Assembly: GCA_964429275.1 (NCBI GenBank)
Contig: CAYSBJ010000002.1
Location: forward strand, 62,001-126,000
DNA: 64,000 nt
Reading direction: 5' to 3'
Source: an uncultured Pseudomonadota bacterium
Lineage (GTDB): Bacteria; Babelota; Babeliae; Babelales; JAUPTZ01
Position numbers and translations under genes: made by a program. Positions within the stretch are counted from its first letter, which is position 1, and each line of letters begins with the position of its first letter. Below the pieces are notes generated by a model. That model searched no databases. It saw only the letters and a list, made by a program, of their open reading frames with translations, and was not told where the DNA came from. This document shows positions 10,075-19,619 of the stretch, in pieces.

Positions 10075-12135
10075 CTAAGTAGTTTGTATACGGGCTGCTC
10101 GTTTCCAGCTTTGTACCAGAGCCGGGCTTGCAGTTTGCTTTGGGCGTGGCGGTGTAAGGCCTTGTGCGAGGTCGGTTATGAAATTTTGTATTGTGGTGAC
10201 CTTGAGTGCGGCTAATCCTTCTATTGGTTGTGTGAGGTCAGGGAAATCGCTCTTGCTTGGGGAGGCCCCTGCGCCTGCACCGTTTGCCGATGTGCTGCTG
10301 CTAAAACTTTCTGGTGTTCCGCTCGCAACCGCTGCGCCAACACCTGGAGCAGCCGCTGGTGCGCCACCAATATTGTTTATAATGGTTGGCCCGGCCGCAG
10401 CCTGCGGCATCATTCCTGGCATCATTCCTGGCATCATACCTGGTGCCATCATGCCTCCGCCCATCATTCCCATGCCACCCATGCCCATCATGCCCATACC
10501 TCCCATTGGTCCTGCCATACCCATGCCCATCGGCGATGGTGTGGCCATGCGAGTAAAGAATCCTGGCTTTTTCTCTTCCGGCATGCCAGCACCTGGGCCA
10601 GCGGCGCCTGGCGTTTTGTCGCCCATGTTTATCACAATATTTGTTGAGTTTTCACTCTTCGGAGAGCTGCTGGCTTTTCCGGCAGAAGAAGATGAGGCAT
10701 CATCTTTTGTATCTTCTTCTTTGTCCTTTGTTTTATCCTTGCTCTTTGTGGCTTTGTCTTTGTCATCTTTGCTTGGTTCTTTGTCATCTTTGTCTGCGTC
10801 GGTCTCTTTCTTTTTTGATTCGTCCTTTTTTGATTCATCCTTTTTTGTTTTTCCGGTGGCAGTGCTTCCTGTGCTTGTAGGCGCGCTCTCAGGTGCTTCA
10901 AGCGGATTGGCGTAGGCTTGCCTTGGTTTTTCTGGCAGTAGTTTGGCGGCATTTGGTCCGAGAGCTTCAACTTTCTTTTCCAAGGCGTCGCGTTGGGTAA
11001 TGAGAGTGATGCGGGTCCGTTCTGAGGGGCCCTTGAGTTTAGTCATAAAAGTCTGGCGTGTTAGCTGTGCGTCTATTTTTCTGATAGCAGTAATATATTT
11101 TTCCGCCGCTTTCTCCGGTCCGACGATTTTTATTTTGGTGGTTAAGGCTGGCAGAGGAGACGGTCTATCGTTGTATTTTTCTACGAGATTTTTGTAATGT
11201 TTCCCTGCCTGTTCAGTAGTGCTCTTGAAAAGTGCTATCTGTTTGTCCGCTTCCTCTTGTGTGACGCCGCCTCTGCCGAGGAGGCCGCCGCTGAGGAGTT
11301 TATTGATTGAGTTGAGTTTGGAAACGTATCCTTTTAGAAGTCTTTTTTCTGAAGCGCCACTGTCGGATTTTATTGGTTGTACGTTGAGGCTTGTTGCTTC
11401 CGGCATTTGCGAGGTCAGATCAGGATCGTACTTGATCGCCATTTTACGGTTAGTGGTATACCCCTCAATTAATTTGTCATGTTCCGCCTTAAAAAAACTT
11501 TTGGTAGTGAGGGCCATTTTTATTTTAATGGCTTTTGCGTAGTAACGTTGGGCTTCTGCTTTTGGGTCCTTGAGTGTGGCAGCAATCTGCGCCCAGGTGA
11601 TGACTGGCTTTCCGTTCCGCTCTGGTGCGGTGATTTTAGCAATCAAGCTGTTGACGGTGGCTTCAGATTTATCCTTAAGTTGTTGCGGTAGGGCTTTTCC
11701 TTTCAGTCCTCTGGCGATGCTCGAGAGTTTTTTGTTGAGTTCTGCCACTTCGGCAGCGTCACGCTCGGCATCAGTTTTCCACTTTAATTTACTACTAAAT
11801 TGGCCCCATCCTTCTACGCTTGGTTCGGGCATCTTGCTGCCCGCGTCGCGTGCCTGCTTATATTCAGCTTTTATTTTAGCTGAAAGCGCTTCATACTCTT
11901 TCTGGTCGGCACTTTGGTCTTCAAAAATAGCGCCATCTGGTTTTCTGAGCTTGGTCATCAGCGCCTTGAGTCGAGCTTGGGCGGATTTTAGTTGGGACTC
12001 TTCCTTTTTGAGTTTTTGTTCTGCTGTCTGTGTAGGTGTCTTTTTTTTGAATCCGCTTACAAGCATCGGAGCGTATGTCATGGCGCCTAGTATTATGAAA
12101 AAAAGCAGTCGTGAGGGTGTGGAGTGATAATTCAT
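10075..12135 (-). CDS. Secreted Lys-rich hypothetical protein with K/D/E tract and Met-Gly-Pro repeats
   Basis: Likely start MNYHSTPSRLLFFIILGAMTYAPMLVSG; low-complexity blocks KKDESKKDESKK and MPGMMPGMMPGMMP. Confidence 0.75.
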   Translation of the reverse strand: MNYHSTPSRLLFFIILGAMTYAPMLVSGFKKKTPTQTAEQKLKKEESQLKSAQARLKALMTKLRKPDGAIFEDQSADQKEYEALSAKIKAEYKQARDAGSKMPEPSVEGWGQFSSKLKWKTDAERDAAEVAELNKKLSSIARGLKGKALPQQLKDKSEATVNSLIAKITAPERNGKPVITWAQIAATLKDPKAEAQRYYAKAIKIKMALTTKSFFKAEHDKLIEGYTTNRKMAIKYDPDLTSQMPEATSLNVQPIKSDSGASEKRLLKGYVSKLNSINKLLSGGLLGRGGVTQEEADKQIALFKSTTEQAGKHYKNLVEKYNDRPSPLPALTTKIKIVGPEKAAEKYITAIRKIDAQLTRQTFMTKLKGPSERTRITLITQRDALEKKVEALGPNAAKLLPEKPRQAYANPLEAPESAPTSTGSTATGKTKKDESKKDESKKKETDADKDDKEPSKDDKDKATKSKDKTKDKEEDTKDDASSSSAGKASSSPKSENSTNIVINMGDKTPGAAGPGAGMPEEKKPGFFTRMATPSPMGMGMAGPMGGMGMMGMGGMGMMGGGMMAPGMMPGMMPGMMPQAAAGPTIINNIGGAPAAAPGVGAAVASGTPESFSSSTSANGAGAGASPSKSDFPDLTQPIEGLAALKVTTIQNFITDLAQGLTPPRPKQTASPALVQSWKRAARIQTT
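10406..10443. repeat. 12-bp in-frame tandem repeat x3 encoding (PGMM)n
   Basis: ggcatcattcct ggcatcattcct ggcatcatacct gg on the + strand. Confidence 0.9.
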
Positions 12136-12290
12136 GCCAGTCTCTTTGTTGGAAGGGTTATTTGCAACCAACCTAGGGGATTTGCTCCTCCGTATGCAAG
12201 TGATTGGCGAAACTGTGGTGGACAGGAAAGCGGCTGGTGCGTATACTTGGCCCATCGTTGCTTTACTCTCGTTTGTACAGGATTATGCGC

Positions 12291-13784
12291 ATGTCACTCA
12301 AAGAAAAAGATATTAGTACCGAACATGAAGTTCGGGTTCGTAAAGTAGATCAACTTGCTGCCCGCGGGGTTGCTGCTTGGCCGGATTGTCGTACTGTCAC
12401 CAGTACTGCCGCAGAAGCGCATGAGGCTTTTGTAAATTCGAACGACGAACACACACTTTACAGTATTTCCGGGCGGGTCATGACCAAGCGCGGGCACGGC
12501 AAAACGGTGTTTGCTCATGTGCAAGACCGCACCGGCCGATTACAAATTTATGTCCGCAGTGATGCAGTGAGTGAAGTGGCATTTGACTTGCTTTCCCACT
12601 CAGTTGACGTGGGGGATATCCTCTGGGTTACCGGCACGATGTTTCTGACCAAAACCGGCGAGCCAACGCTCAAAGTTACCGACCTTGTTCTTCAATCGAA
12701 GTGCTTGCACGCATTGCCTGAAAAATATCACGGCCTGACTGATGTTGAGCAGCGCTATCGTCAGCGGTATTTGGATTTGATGGTGAACCAGGAGAGCAAA
12801 GAGAAGTTTGTACAGCGATCAAAAATTATTCAACAAGTGCGCAATTTCCTTCTGCAGAAAGATTTTCTCGAAGTAGAAACGCCAATGCTTCACCCGATTC
12901 CTGGGGGAGCAGCGGCCCGTCCGTTTAAAACACATCACAATGCGTACAGCATGGAGCTTTTCTTGCGTATTGCGCCGGAACTCTATCTTAAACGCCTCGT
13001 TGTTGGTGGTATGGAGCGGGTGTTTGAGATTAACCGCAGTTTTCGTAACGAAGGGGTGTCGACTCGGCATAACCCAGAGTTCACTATGATTGAGTACTAT
13101 ATGGCACATGGCGACTACCAAGATGGTATGCGCATGACCGAAGAGTTGTTGCGTAGCGTAGCCCGTACGGTGCATGGCGAAAACCCGTTCCCATTTAGTA
13201 ATCATACTCTCGATTTTGAAAAGCCGTTTCTACGCTATACGATGCAAGATTCAGTGACGGTAGTGGGCGGGATTCCTGCTGACAAAGTGACACCAGCAAC
13301 AATTACGCAGACATTGGCTGAATTTGGCGTGACCGGCGTTGAAGCAAAATCGTTTGGCGAAAAGCTCCTGATTTTGTTTGAGCTTACGGTTGAGTCTAAG
13401 CTTATCCAGCCAACCTTTATTATGGATTTCCCGATCGAAATATCACCACTTTCTAAGCGCAAGGCGGATGCCCCAGAACTTGCCGCACGGTTTGAGCTCT
13501 TTATTGCAGGCATGGAACTTGCGAATGGTTTTAGCGAGCTTAATGATCCGTTCGACCAGGCTGGCCGGTTCCGACAGCAAGCAAGTGCGCGCGAAGCGGG
13601 GGACGATGAGGCACATTATTTTGACGCTGACTACATACGGGCGCTTGAATATGGTTTGCCGCCGACAGTGGGCGTGGGTTTTGGTATTGATCGTTTAGTT
13701 ATGTTCTTGACGAATACAGTTTCTATTAAAGATGTTATTTTGTTTCCAACTATGAAGCGGCTTCACGAGGCCGAAGAGGTATAA
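12291..13784 (+). CDS. lysS: Lysine--tRNA ligase (class II)
   Basis: YRQRYLDL, FLEVETPML, GGAAARPF, LRIAPELYLKRL, FRNEG, HNPEFT, ELNDP, YGLPPT. Start placed at the ATG after an ACAGGA Shine-Dalgarno-like site. Confidence 0.98.
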   Translation: MSLKEKDISTEHEVRVRKVDQLAARGVAAWPDCRTVTSTAAEAHEAFVNSNDEHTLYSISGRVMTKRGHGKTVFAHVQDRTGRLQIYVRSDAVSEVAFDLLSHSVDVGDILWVTGTMFLTKTGEPTLKVTDLVLQSKCLHALPEKYHGLTDVEQRYRQRYLDLMVNQESKEKFVQRSKIIQQVRNFLLQKDFLEVETPMLHPIPGGAAARPFKTHHNAYSMELFLRIAPELYLKRLVVGGMERVFEINRSFRNEGVSTRHNPEFTMIEYYMAHGDYQDGMRMTEELLRSVARTVHGENPFPFSNHTLDFEKPFLRYTMQDSVTVVGGIPADKVTPATITQTLAEFGVTGVEAKSFGEKLLILFELTVESKLIQPTFIMDFPIEISPLSKRKADAPELAARFELFIAGMELANGFSELNDPFDQAGRFRQQASAREAGDDEAHYFDADYIRALEYGLPPTVGVGFGIDRLVMFLTNTVSIKDVILFPTMKRLHEAEEV

Positions 13785-15514
13785 TGCAGCACCGCGGCCT
13801 TAAGTACCGTTGGCAGTTGGCGCTGGCCGATGAAACGGCAGTGCATCAACTGGCACATGCCTGCAGTATTGACCGTGCCTTGGCGCGGGCGCTGTATGTG
13901 CGCGGGTATAGCACACCGGAGTTGGCACAAAAGTACTTAGTAATGAGTAGTGATTGGGTAGCTGATCCAACGATTCTCAAAGGAGCAAGTGCGGCGGCCG
14001 ATCGCATTATGCTGGCTCTTGAAAAACGGGAAAAGATCCTGATTTTTGGAGATTATGACGTTGACGGGATAACTTCGACTGCTATTATGCTTTCTTGCCT
14101 GTTGCCGTTGGAGGCGAATATTAATTATTTTCTCCCCAATCGGGTGCGGGATGGCTATGGTCTTTCCTCTAAGATTGTGCATAAGGCAGCAGAAAATAAA
14201 TACGATCTTATCGTGACAGTAGATAACGGTATCACCGCTCATCAAGCGGTGATTGATGCGAAAACGCTGGGGTTGTCGGTTATTATTACTGATCATCACC
14301 AAGTACATGGAGAGTTGCCGCCCGCCGATGTTATTGTAAATCCCCATCAACCAGACTGTCCTTACCCGTATAAAGATTTTGCGGGAGTTGGAGTTATCTT
14401 TAAGATCATGACTATTATCTATCAGCGGTTAGGTCGAGAAATGCCTTCAAAAGCCTATGAATTGCTGATGCTTGGGACAGTGGCTGACGTGGTACCGCTG
14501 CGACACGAAAATCGGTATTGGGTACAAAAAGGGTTAGCTCATATTAATCAAAACCGTAGTTTTGCTGTCCAAGTATTAGCTGCAAATGGTAACGTGGCTG
14601 ATAAGGCATTATTAGGTTCGCGTGACATTGGGTTTGCCATTGCGCCACAACTCAATGCATTGGGTCGGCTTGATGATGCACGAGAAGGGGTAACCTTTCT
14701 GATAAGCGCTGATATGGGGCAGGTAATGCAGGTTGGGGTGACGCTCAAATCTATTAACGAGGAACGAAAACGGGTTGACCGGGCAATTTTTGATGAAATC
14801 GTGGGGACTATCGAAGCGGGAAGTATCGACCTTTCGAAAGAATATTTGATTATGGCTGGCAGCAACAATTGGCCTGCGGGCGTGATAGGGTTGGTTGCTG
14901 GTAAGCTGATGCAGCAATACGGACGACCGGTGATTTTGTTTCATCTGACTAAAGATGGGATGGCCAAAGGGTCATGTCGTTCAATACCTCAGTTTAATAT
15001 GTTTGAAGCTCTTGCACGTTGCAGCGATCTACTGACGACCTTTGGTGGGCATGCGTGCGCGGCAGGGCTGAGTCTTCCCGCAGCAAAACTCCCCGAGCTC
15101 AAAGAGCGCCTTGAGGCGTTATTGCAGGCGCAGCTGACGCCGGATGACCTGGTGCTAACGTTGGCCGTTGATGCCGTAGTAAATCTAGCTGACCTCAGCA
15201 AAAACTTTTATGCGCAAATGCAGCTGATGGAGCCGTTTGGGAATGCAAATCCGGAACCGGTATTGGTAGTTGAAGGGGTGACGTTGATTCAAGAACCCCG
15301 GTTGCTCAAAGATAAGCATGTCAAATGCATGTTGTTTTGTAATGGGGTGTTGAAGCCAATTATGTTTTTTAACCGACCGGAATTATACCAGCCGCTGTGT
15401 GCACGGGGGGATCGTCCTTTTGCGGTGGCAGTGCATGTAGTGGCCAATGAGTGGCAGGGGAATGCGACGATTGAGCTCCAGGGGATAGATGTTTGCTTTG
15501 AGGAGAATATTTAA
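13784..15514 (+). CDS. recJ: Single-stranded-DNA-specific exonuclease RecJ
   Basis: GDYDVDG, TVDNG, TDHH, GTVADVVPL, GSCRS, FGGH, PFGNANP. Confidence 0.97.
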   Translation: MQHRGLKYRWQLALADETAVHQLAHACSIDRALARALYVRGYSTPELAQKYLVMSSDWVADPTILKGASAAADRIMLALEKREKILIFGDYDVDGITSTAIMLSCLLPLEANINYFLPNRVRDGYGLSSKIVHKAAENKYDLIVTVDNGITAHQAVIDAKTLGLSVIITDHHQVHGELPPADVIVNPHQPDCPYPYKDFAGVGVIFKIMTIIYQRLGREMPSKAYELLMLGTVADVVPLRHENRYWVQKGLAHINQNRSFAVQVLAANGNVADKALLGSRDIGFAIAPQLNALGRLDDAREGVTFLISADMGQVMQVGVTLKSINEERKRVDRAIFDEIVGTIEAGSIDLSKEYLIMAGSNNWPAGVIGLVAGKLMQQYGRPVILFHLTKDGMAKGSCRSIPQFNMFEALARCSDLLTTFGGHACAAGLSLPAAKLPELKERLEALLQAQLTPDDLVLTLAVDAVVNLADLSKNFYAQMQLMEPFGNANPEPVLVVEGVTLIQEPRLLKDKHVKCMLFCNGVLKPIMFFNRPELYQPLCARGDRPFAVAVHVVANEWQGNATIELQGIDVCFEENI

Positions 15515-15543
15515 TGTACTAAGTTTGATGACGATGCTTGCGT

Positions 15544-15641
15544 CGTCATTGCGAGGAACAGCGTGACGAAGCAATCCATTCTAAGTAAAAATGTTTTTAA
15601 TTATATGGACTGCTTCGTTATCTAATGATTCATCGCAGTGA
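15544..15641. repeat. CGTC-tagged palindromic element (REP-like, resembling Rickettsia palindromic elements)
   Basis: cgtcattgcgagga...gacgaagcaatcca (AT-rich spacer) tggactgcttcgtt...tcatcgcagtga forms nested imperfect inverted repeats. Confidence 0.8.
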
Positions 15642-15665
15642 AGCCTCCCTTGGAGGCTTGTTTGT
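15641..15665 (+). terminator. Possible intrinsic terminator after lysS-recJ
   Basis: aagcctcc-ctt-ggaggctt stem-loop followed by a weak T tract (gtttgt). Confidence 0.5.
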
Positions 15666-15729
15666 AAGTAACTCATCGTGCAGAAGTGAATTTCGTCGGA
15701 TGTGGTGGTGATTAACAGAGAGAGGACGA

Positions 15730-17304
15730 GTGAAAATGAGTATAAAAAAAGCACTGCCTATAGATATAAGCTCTTTTGACCGGCTTCGGAGCGGTGGCTA
15801 TCTCTACGTAGATAAGACGCAGGTGATTCATCATCTTATTACGAGCGGCCGGTTCTATTTTTTGGCGCGACCGCGGCGCTTTGGAAAATCGTTGCTGATT
15901 TCAACATTACGGGAGCTTTTTCTGGGGAACAAGGAGTACTTTAAAGATCTTTGGATTGATCGGCATAGTAGCTATGAGTGGCCGGTGCATCCGGTTATTA
16001 ACCTTGATTTTTCTGCCTTGGATTGGGCAACTGTCGAAACATTAAGCGCTTCGTTGGGCGAGCATATTGAGAGCATAGGTCAACGATCTGGTGTTGATGT
16101 TTCTGCTGGCGCTACGGCTGTAGCAAAGCTTTATACGTTGGTAAAAGCGCTTGCTGTTAAAGGAGATGTCGTGCTTCTCATTGACGAGTACGATGCACCT
16201 ATTGTGAAGCATCTGGAAAATCCCGAAGTTGCGGAAGAGATGCGTACGTATTTGAGTAATTTTTATACGACGGTTAAGGGGCTGGAAAATTCTTTGCGAT
16301 TTCTTTTACTGACGGGAGTGAGTAAGTTTTCAAAAGCCTCCGTTTTTTCTGGGCTGAACAATTTACGAGATATTTCTATGTTACCACTGGCGTCTGCTGT
16401 TTGTGGATACACGGAAGAGGAATTACATGAAAATCTTGCGCCTCATGTAGCAGAGCTTGCGCACGAGCAAGGACGCACAAGCGAGGAAGTTTTTCATGAG
16501 ATGCGGGTCTGGTATAACGGGTATCGGTTCTCGCGTGGGCCGGTCAAGGTTTATAATCCGTTTTCAGTGTTTTATTATCTTAATGAAAAAAGACTTTCTA
16601 ACTACTGGTTTTCGACCGGTACGCCGGATTTTTTGATTGGCCTTATAAAAAAGGAAATTTCCGCCTTTGAGGTCATTGATCATGTGCAAGTGAGCGAAGC
16701 TACATTGGGGGCATTTAGCCTTGGGAGTATCCCACTGCCGACGATCTTGCTTCAAACAGGGTATTTAACGATAGAAGATTATGATGATGCGGCGCAGCGG
16801 TACCAGTTGAGCTACCCAAATCAGGAGGTAAGAATTTCATTTGCCGAATATCTTGTAGCAACCTTTCTTGAGGTGCAGCGTGATTCGGTTGACCGCTTTC
16901 AGGACGGCCTTCGACGCGCGTTGCGCTCACGAGATGTCGTGGCTTTTTGTGAAGTTTTGCAATCTATTTTCTCGAATATTCCGTATCAGATTCATGTTAA
17001 GGAAGAGGCGTACTATCACTCTCTGTTGCAGGTTGTTGGACTTATGATTGGGCTTGATTGTCGTTCAGAGATTTCTATGAGTACTGGGCGGATTGATTTG
17101 ATCTTAACTACTTCAACAGCGGTGTATATTTTTGAGTTGAAACTTAATAGAACACCCCAAGAGGCGTTGCATCAGATACAGGAGAAGCGGTATTACGAGC
17201 CGTATAGTACTACGGGGAAGCAGATTGTCTTGGTAGGCCTTAATTTTAATTTTGAACAGAAAAAGCTAAGTTTTTTGGCTGAACCACTGAAGGAGACACT
17301 GTGA
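15730..17304 (+). CDS. AAA-ATPase-like domain plus C-terminal PD-(D/E)XK nuclease-like domain protein
   Basis: YLYVDKT, FLARPRRFGKSL (Walker A), LLIDEYD (Walker B), SGLNNL, WYNGY, YNPFS, GRIDL...IFELK, ALHQI..KRY. Confidence 0.93.
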   Translation: MKMSIKKALPIDISSFDRLRSGGYLYVDKTQVIHHLITSGRFYFLARPRRFGKSLLISTLRELFLGNKEYFKDLWIDRHSSYEWPVHPVINLDFSALDWATVETLSASLGEHIESIGQRSGVDVSAGATAVAKLYTLVKALAVKGDVVLLIDEYDAPIVKHLENPEVAEEMRTYLSNFYTTVKGLENSLRFLLLTGVSKFSKASVFSGLNNLRDISMLPLASAVCGYTEEELHENLAPHVAELAHEQGRTSEEVFHEMRVWYNGYRFSRGPVKVYNPFSVFYYLNEKRLSNYWFSTGTPDFLIGLIKKEISAFEVIDHVQVSEATLGAFSLGSIPLPTILLQTGYLTIEDYDDAAQRYQLSYPNQEVRISFAEYLVATFLEVQRDSVDRFQDGLRRALRSRDVVAFCEVLQSIFSNIPYQIHVKEEAYYHSLLQVVGLMIGLDCRSEISMSTGRIDLILTTSTAVYIFELKLNRTPQEALHQIQEKRYYEPYSTTGKQIVLVGLNFNFEQKKLSFLAEPLKETL

Positions 17305-18002
17305 GTTGCCATATTTCGCTACGTTCTACTATGACTTGTGTTATTACCATCGACGGTCCGACTGCGTCGGGCAAGGGTTCGATTGCAAAAGCAATTGCGT
17401 CGCACATGGGTTATTTTTATTTGGATACTGGTCTTTTGTACCGTGCCATGGGTTATCTGACGTCACAAGACTATTCACGTGAAGAGATCGACCAGGCGGT
17501 CTTTTGGACGCCGGAACTGGTTGAGCGGTATAAGGCTCGGCTGACGTATAGTTACGGAGATGGGCGAGCGACTATTCTGGTTGATGGTGTTGACGTGACA
17601 ATGCAGTTGCGTACGCCGGAGGTTGATTGGAGTTCATCACATGTGAGCAGTGTGCCGCTCGTGCGCATGGGTTTACGTGCGTTGCAGCGAGAACTAGGTA
17701 GTCGGCATAATATTGTGATTGATGGTCGTGATTGTGGCACGGTCTTGTTTCCGCAGGCAAAGCATAAGTTTTTTATTACCGCCGATTTCAACGTGCGGGT
17801 TCGTCGTGCACAGGCTGATACAGTGCGTCAAGCACAAGGGATGAGTCAGGAAGAAATTGCGGCGGCGGTGTTGATGCGCGACATGCGTGATTTGACGCGG
17901 CCGATCAGTCCACTGCGTCCGGCGGAAGATGCGGTTATTTTGGACACTACGGGTCTTGGTTTGGAAGCGTGTGTGACGTTGGTGTTGTCGTACTTATTGT
18001 AA
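17301..18002 (+). CDS. cmk: Cytidylate kinase
   Basis: ITIDGPTASGKGS, YLDTGLLYRA, DGRDCGTVLFP, RD.RD..R.ISPL. Start may instead be the ATG at 17331. Confidence 0.96.
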   Translation: MSCHISLRSTMTCVITIDGPTASGKGSIAKAIASHMGYFYLDTGLLYRAMGYLTSQDYSREEIDQAVFWTPELVERYKARLTYSYGDGRATILVDGVDVTMQLRTPEVDWSSSHVSSVPLVRMGLRALQRELGSRHNIVIDGRDCGTVLFPQAKHKFFITADFNVRVRRAQADTVRQAQGMSQEEIAAAVLMRDMRDLTRPISPLRPAEDAVILDTTGLGLEACVTLVLSYLL

Positions 18003-18008
18003 AGTGAA

Positions 18009-18145
18009 TGCCGCGCTTCGCTCGCAATGACGCGTAGCTACGCATCTTATCTGCGAGAGCCTCGGGCCAGGGTACCTCACAGAGCAAGTTTTGGCTTTTG
18101 ACGAAGTCAAAAACAAGATGTTCGCGGCGAATGAGGTAGCCCTGG
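18009..18145. repeat. Cluster of palindromes between convergent cmk and PIN-PhoH, including half of a CGTC-type element
   Basis: ctcgcaatgacg (18021-18032, reverse complement of 15544-15555); gcgtagctacgc palindrome; ccagggtacctca...tgaggtagccctgg stem enclosing ttttgac-gaa-gtcaaaa. Confidence 0.7.
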
Positions 18146-18187
18146 ACGGGCGTAGCAGCCTAATCAAATTGGTTAACTATGGAGTGT

Positions 18188-19507
18188 CTACAGTAACTCT
18201 GCCGCCTTCTGCGCCAAATTACTTCGCTCACTCGTATGCAGCTGAACAACGCCAAAACATTTCTCATTCATAAACTGGCGCGTAGTAACCACAAGCCCGT
18301 TGCTATCGTACCCCAATTGTGGTGTATCGATCTGCTCTGGATCGCCGGCGATGATAACTTTTGTACCTTTGCCGGCCCGAGTGATAAGAGTCTTTAGTTC
18401 TAAAGGTGTTAAGTTTTGTGCTTCATCGATGAACATAAATTGGTACGGCAGTGAACGACCACGCATGTAGGTAATTGCCTGCAAGCTTAGTTGATTTGCT
18501 TTGCGCAAATCTTCAACGGAGATGGTCATAGGGAGTTTTGCCTTCTTGATCTCGCTCCCAATAATGCCGATGTTATCAAAAATGGGGTACATCCAGTTTT
18601 CTATTTTCTCATTTACATCACCGGGCAAAAATCCGATGTCAGGTCCCAGTGAAACGGTTGGACGAGTTACCATGATGCGCCGGTGTGTTTTTTCATGGAG
18701 AACTTTCACAAGGCCGGCAAGAAGAACTAAAAACGTTTTACCCGTACCGGCTTTTCCAATCAAGCTGACGAGCTCGATCGAGTCATCCATGAGAAGGTCG
18801 AGTGTCATAGCCTGTTCAGCATTTTTCGGTGTGAAGCAGTTCATAATTGGTTTGCTTTGTACTTCATGAAATTGTTCACCGCCGATATAGCGGAAGATCC
18901 GATAATTTTCTGGATTATTTTGGCTCATGAGTTTGACGAACTGATTAACGTACGTTGGTTTGTGGGTGAGCGCCTCCATGATTTTACCTTGGGTTATTGC
19001 CTTTAGGTCTTTTGCTGGTATCTGTTCATGGATAACACTGGCAAACTGATTAGGCATACTAAATGTCGTTGCCTTGAACTCGCGGCTGGTTATACCACTG
19101 CTGGCCGCCTTGAGGCGCATATTAATGTCTTGGGTGTATAAGAGAGTGTGTTTGCCTTGCAGTTGGTAGTGACGGGCGGTGGCGAGCACGGCATCGTCAG
19201 TGCTGAGCATGGGGTCTTGAAAGAAACTCAGTGGGGCGACCGTGATTGTGGGTGTTTTTTCGTCGTCGAGGCGCACTCCTTGGTGAAGATCGCCTTTGAG
19301 GCGGAGGGCCTCGAAGAGGTGGATGGCCTGGCGGGCCTGGCGCCCGATGGCGCCGGAGATTCGCTTAAGGTCGTCAAGTTCTTCAAGAACTTGGAATGGT
19401 ACAATTATGTTTGGGGTGTGAAGTGAAAGTGGTGCATACGGGTCTTTAAGGAATACATCAGTATCAAGTACTGCGATTTCTACTTTAGGCAGCGTGTTAT
19501 GCAACAT
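18188..19507 (-). CDS. PIN-PhoH (PhoH2/YlaK-like) protein
   Basis: N-terminal PIN domain (VLDTDV, VLEELD, DDAVL, TQDINMR) and PhoH domain (GKAGTGKT, GFLPG, YMRGRS, DEAQN, TRAG, GDPEQID, ERS). Confidence 0.93.
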   Translation of the reverse strand: MLHNTLPKVEIAVLDTDVFLKDPYAPLSLHTPNIIVPFQVLEELDDLKRISGAIGRQARQAIHLFEALRLKGDLHQGVRLDDEKTPTITVAPLSFFQDPMLSTDDAVLATARHYQLQGKHTLLYTQDINMRLKAASSGITSREFKATTFSMPNQFASVIHEQIPAKDLKAITQGKIMEALTHKPTYVNQFVKLMSQNNPENYRIFRYIGGEQFHEVQSKPIMNCFTPKNAEQAMTLDLLMDDSIELVSLIGKAGTGKTFLVLLAGLVKVLHEKTHRRIMVTRPTVSLGPDIGFLPGDVNEKIENWMYPIFDNIGIIGSEIKKAKLPMTISVEDLRKANQLSLQAITYMRGRSLPYQFMFIDEAQNLTPLELKTLITRAGKGTKVIIAGDPEQIDTPQLGYDSNGLVVTTRQFMNEKCFGVVQLHTSERSNLAQKAAELL

Positions 19508-19619
19508 TACGTCTCCTCTTTCTATGTTTGCGAAAGGCTCGATTTATAGGTAAGCTCCATTAGTATGATCACAAAATCAAAATAAATAAAAGAGTCCACG
19601 ATACGAAAGGCACATAACG

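Noticed and set aside
10178..10915. 245-aa plus-strand ORF and similar antisense ORFs (3900-4370, 11570-12127, 59047-59718, 56809-57393)
   Set aside because: These are shadow frames of low-complexity or biased real genes on the opposite strand, with no independent motifs.
12136..12290. Overlapping N-terminal extensions of lysS and the 726-aa ORF
   Set aside because: Better starts exist at 12291 (+) and 12135 (-), leaving a normal divergent promoter region.
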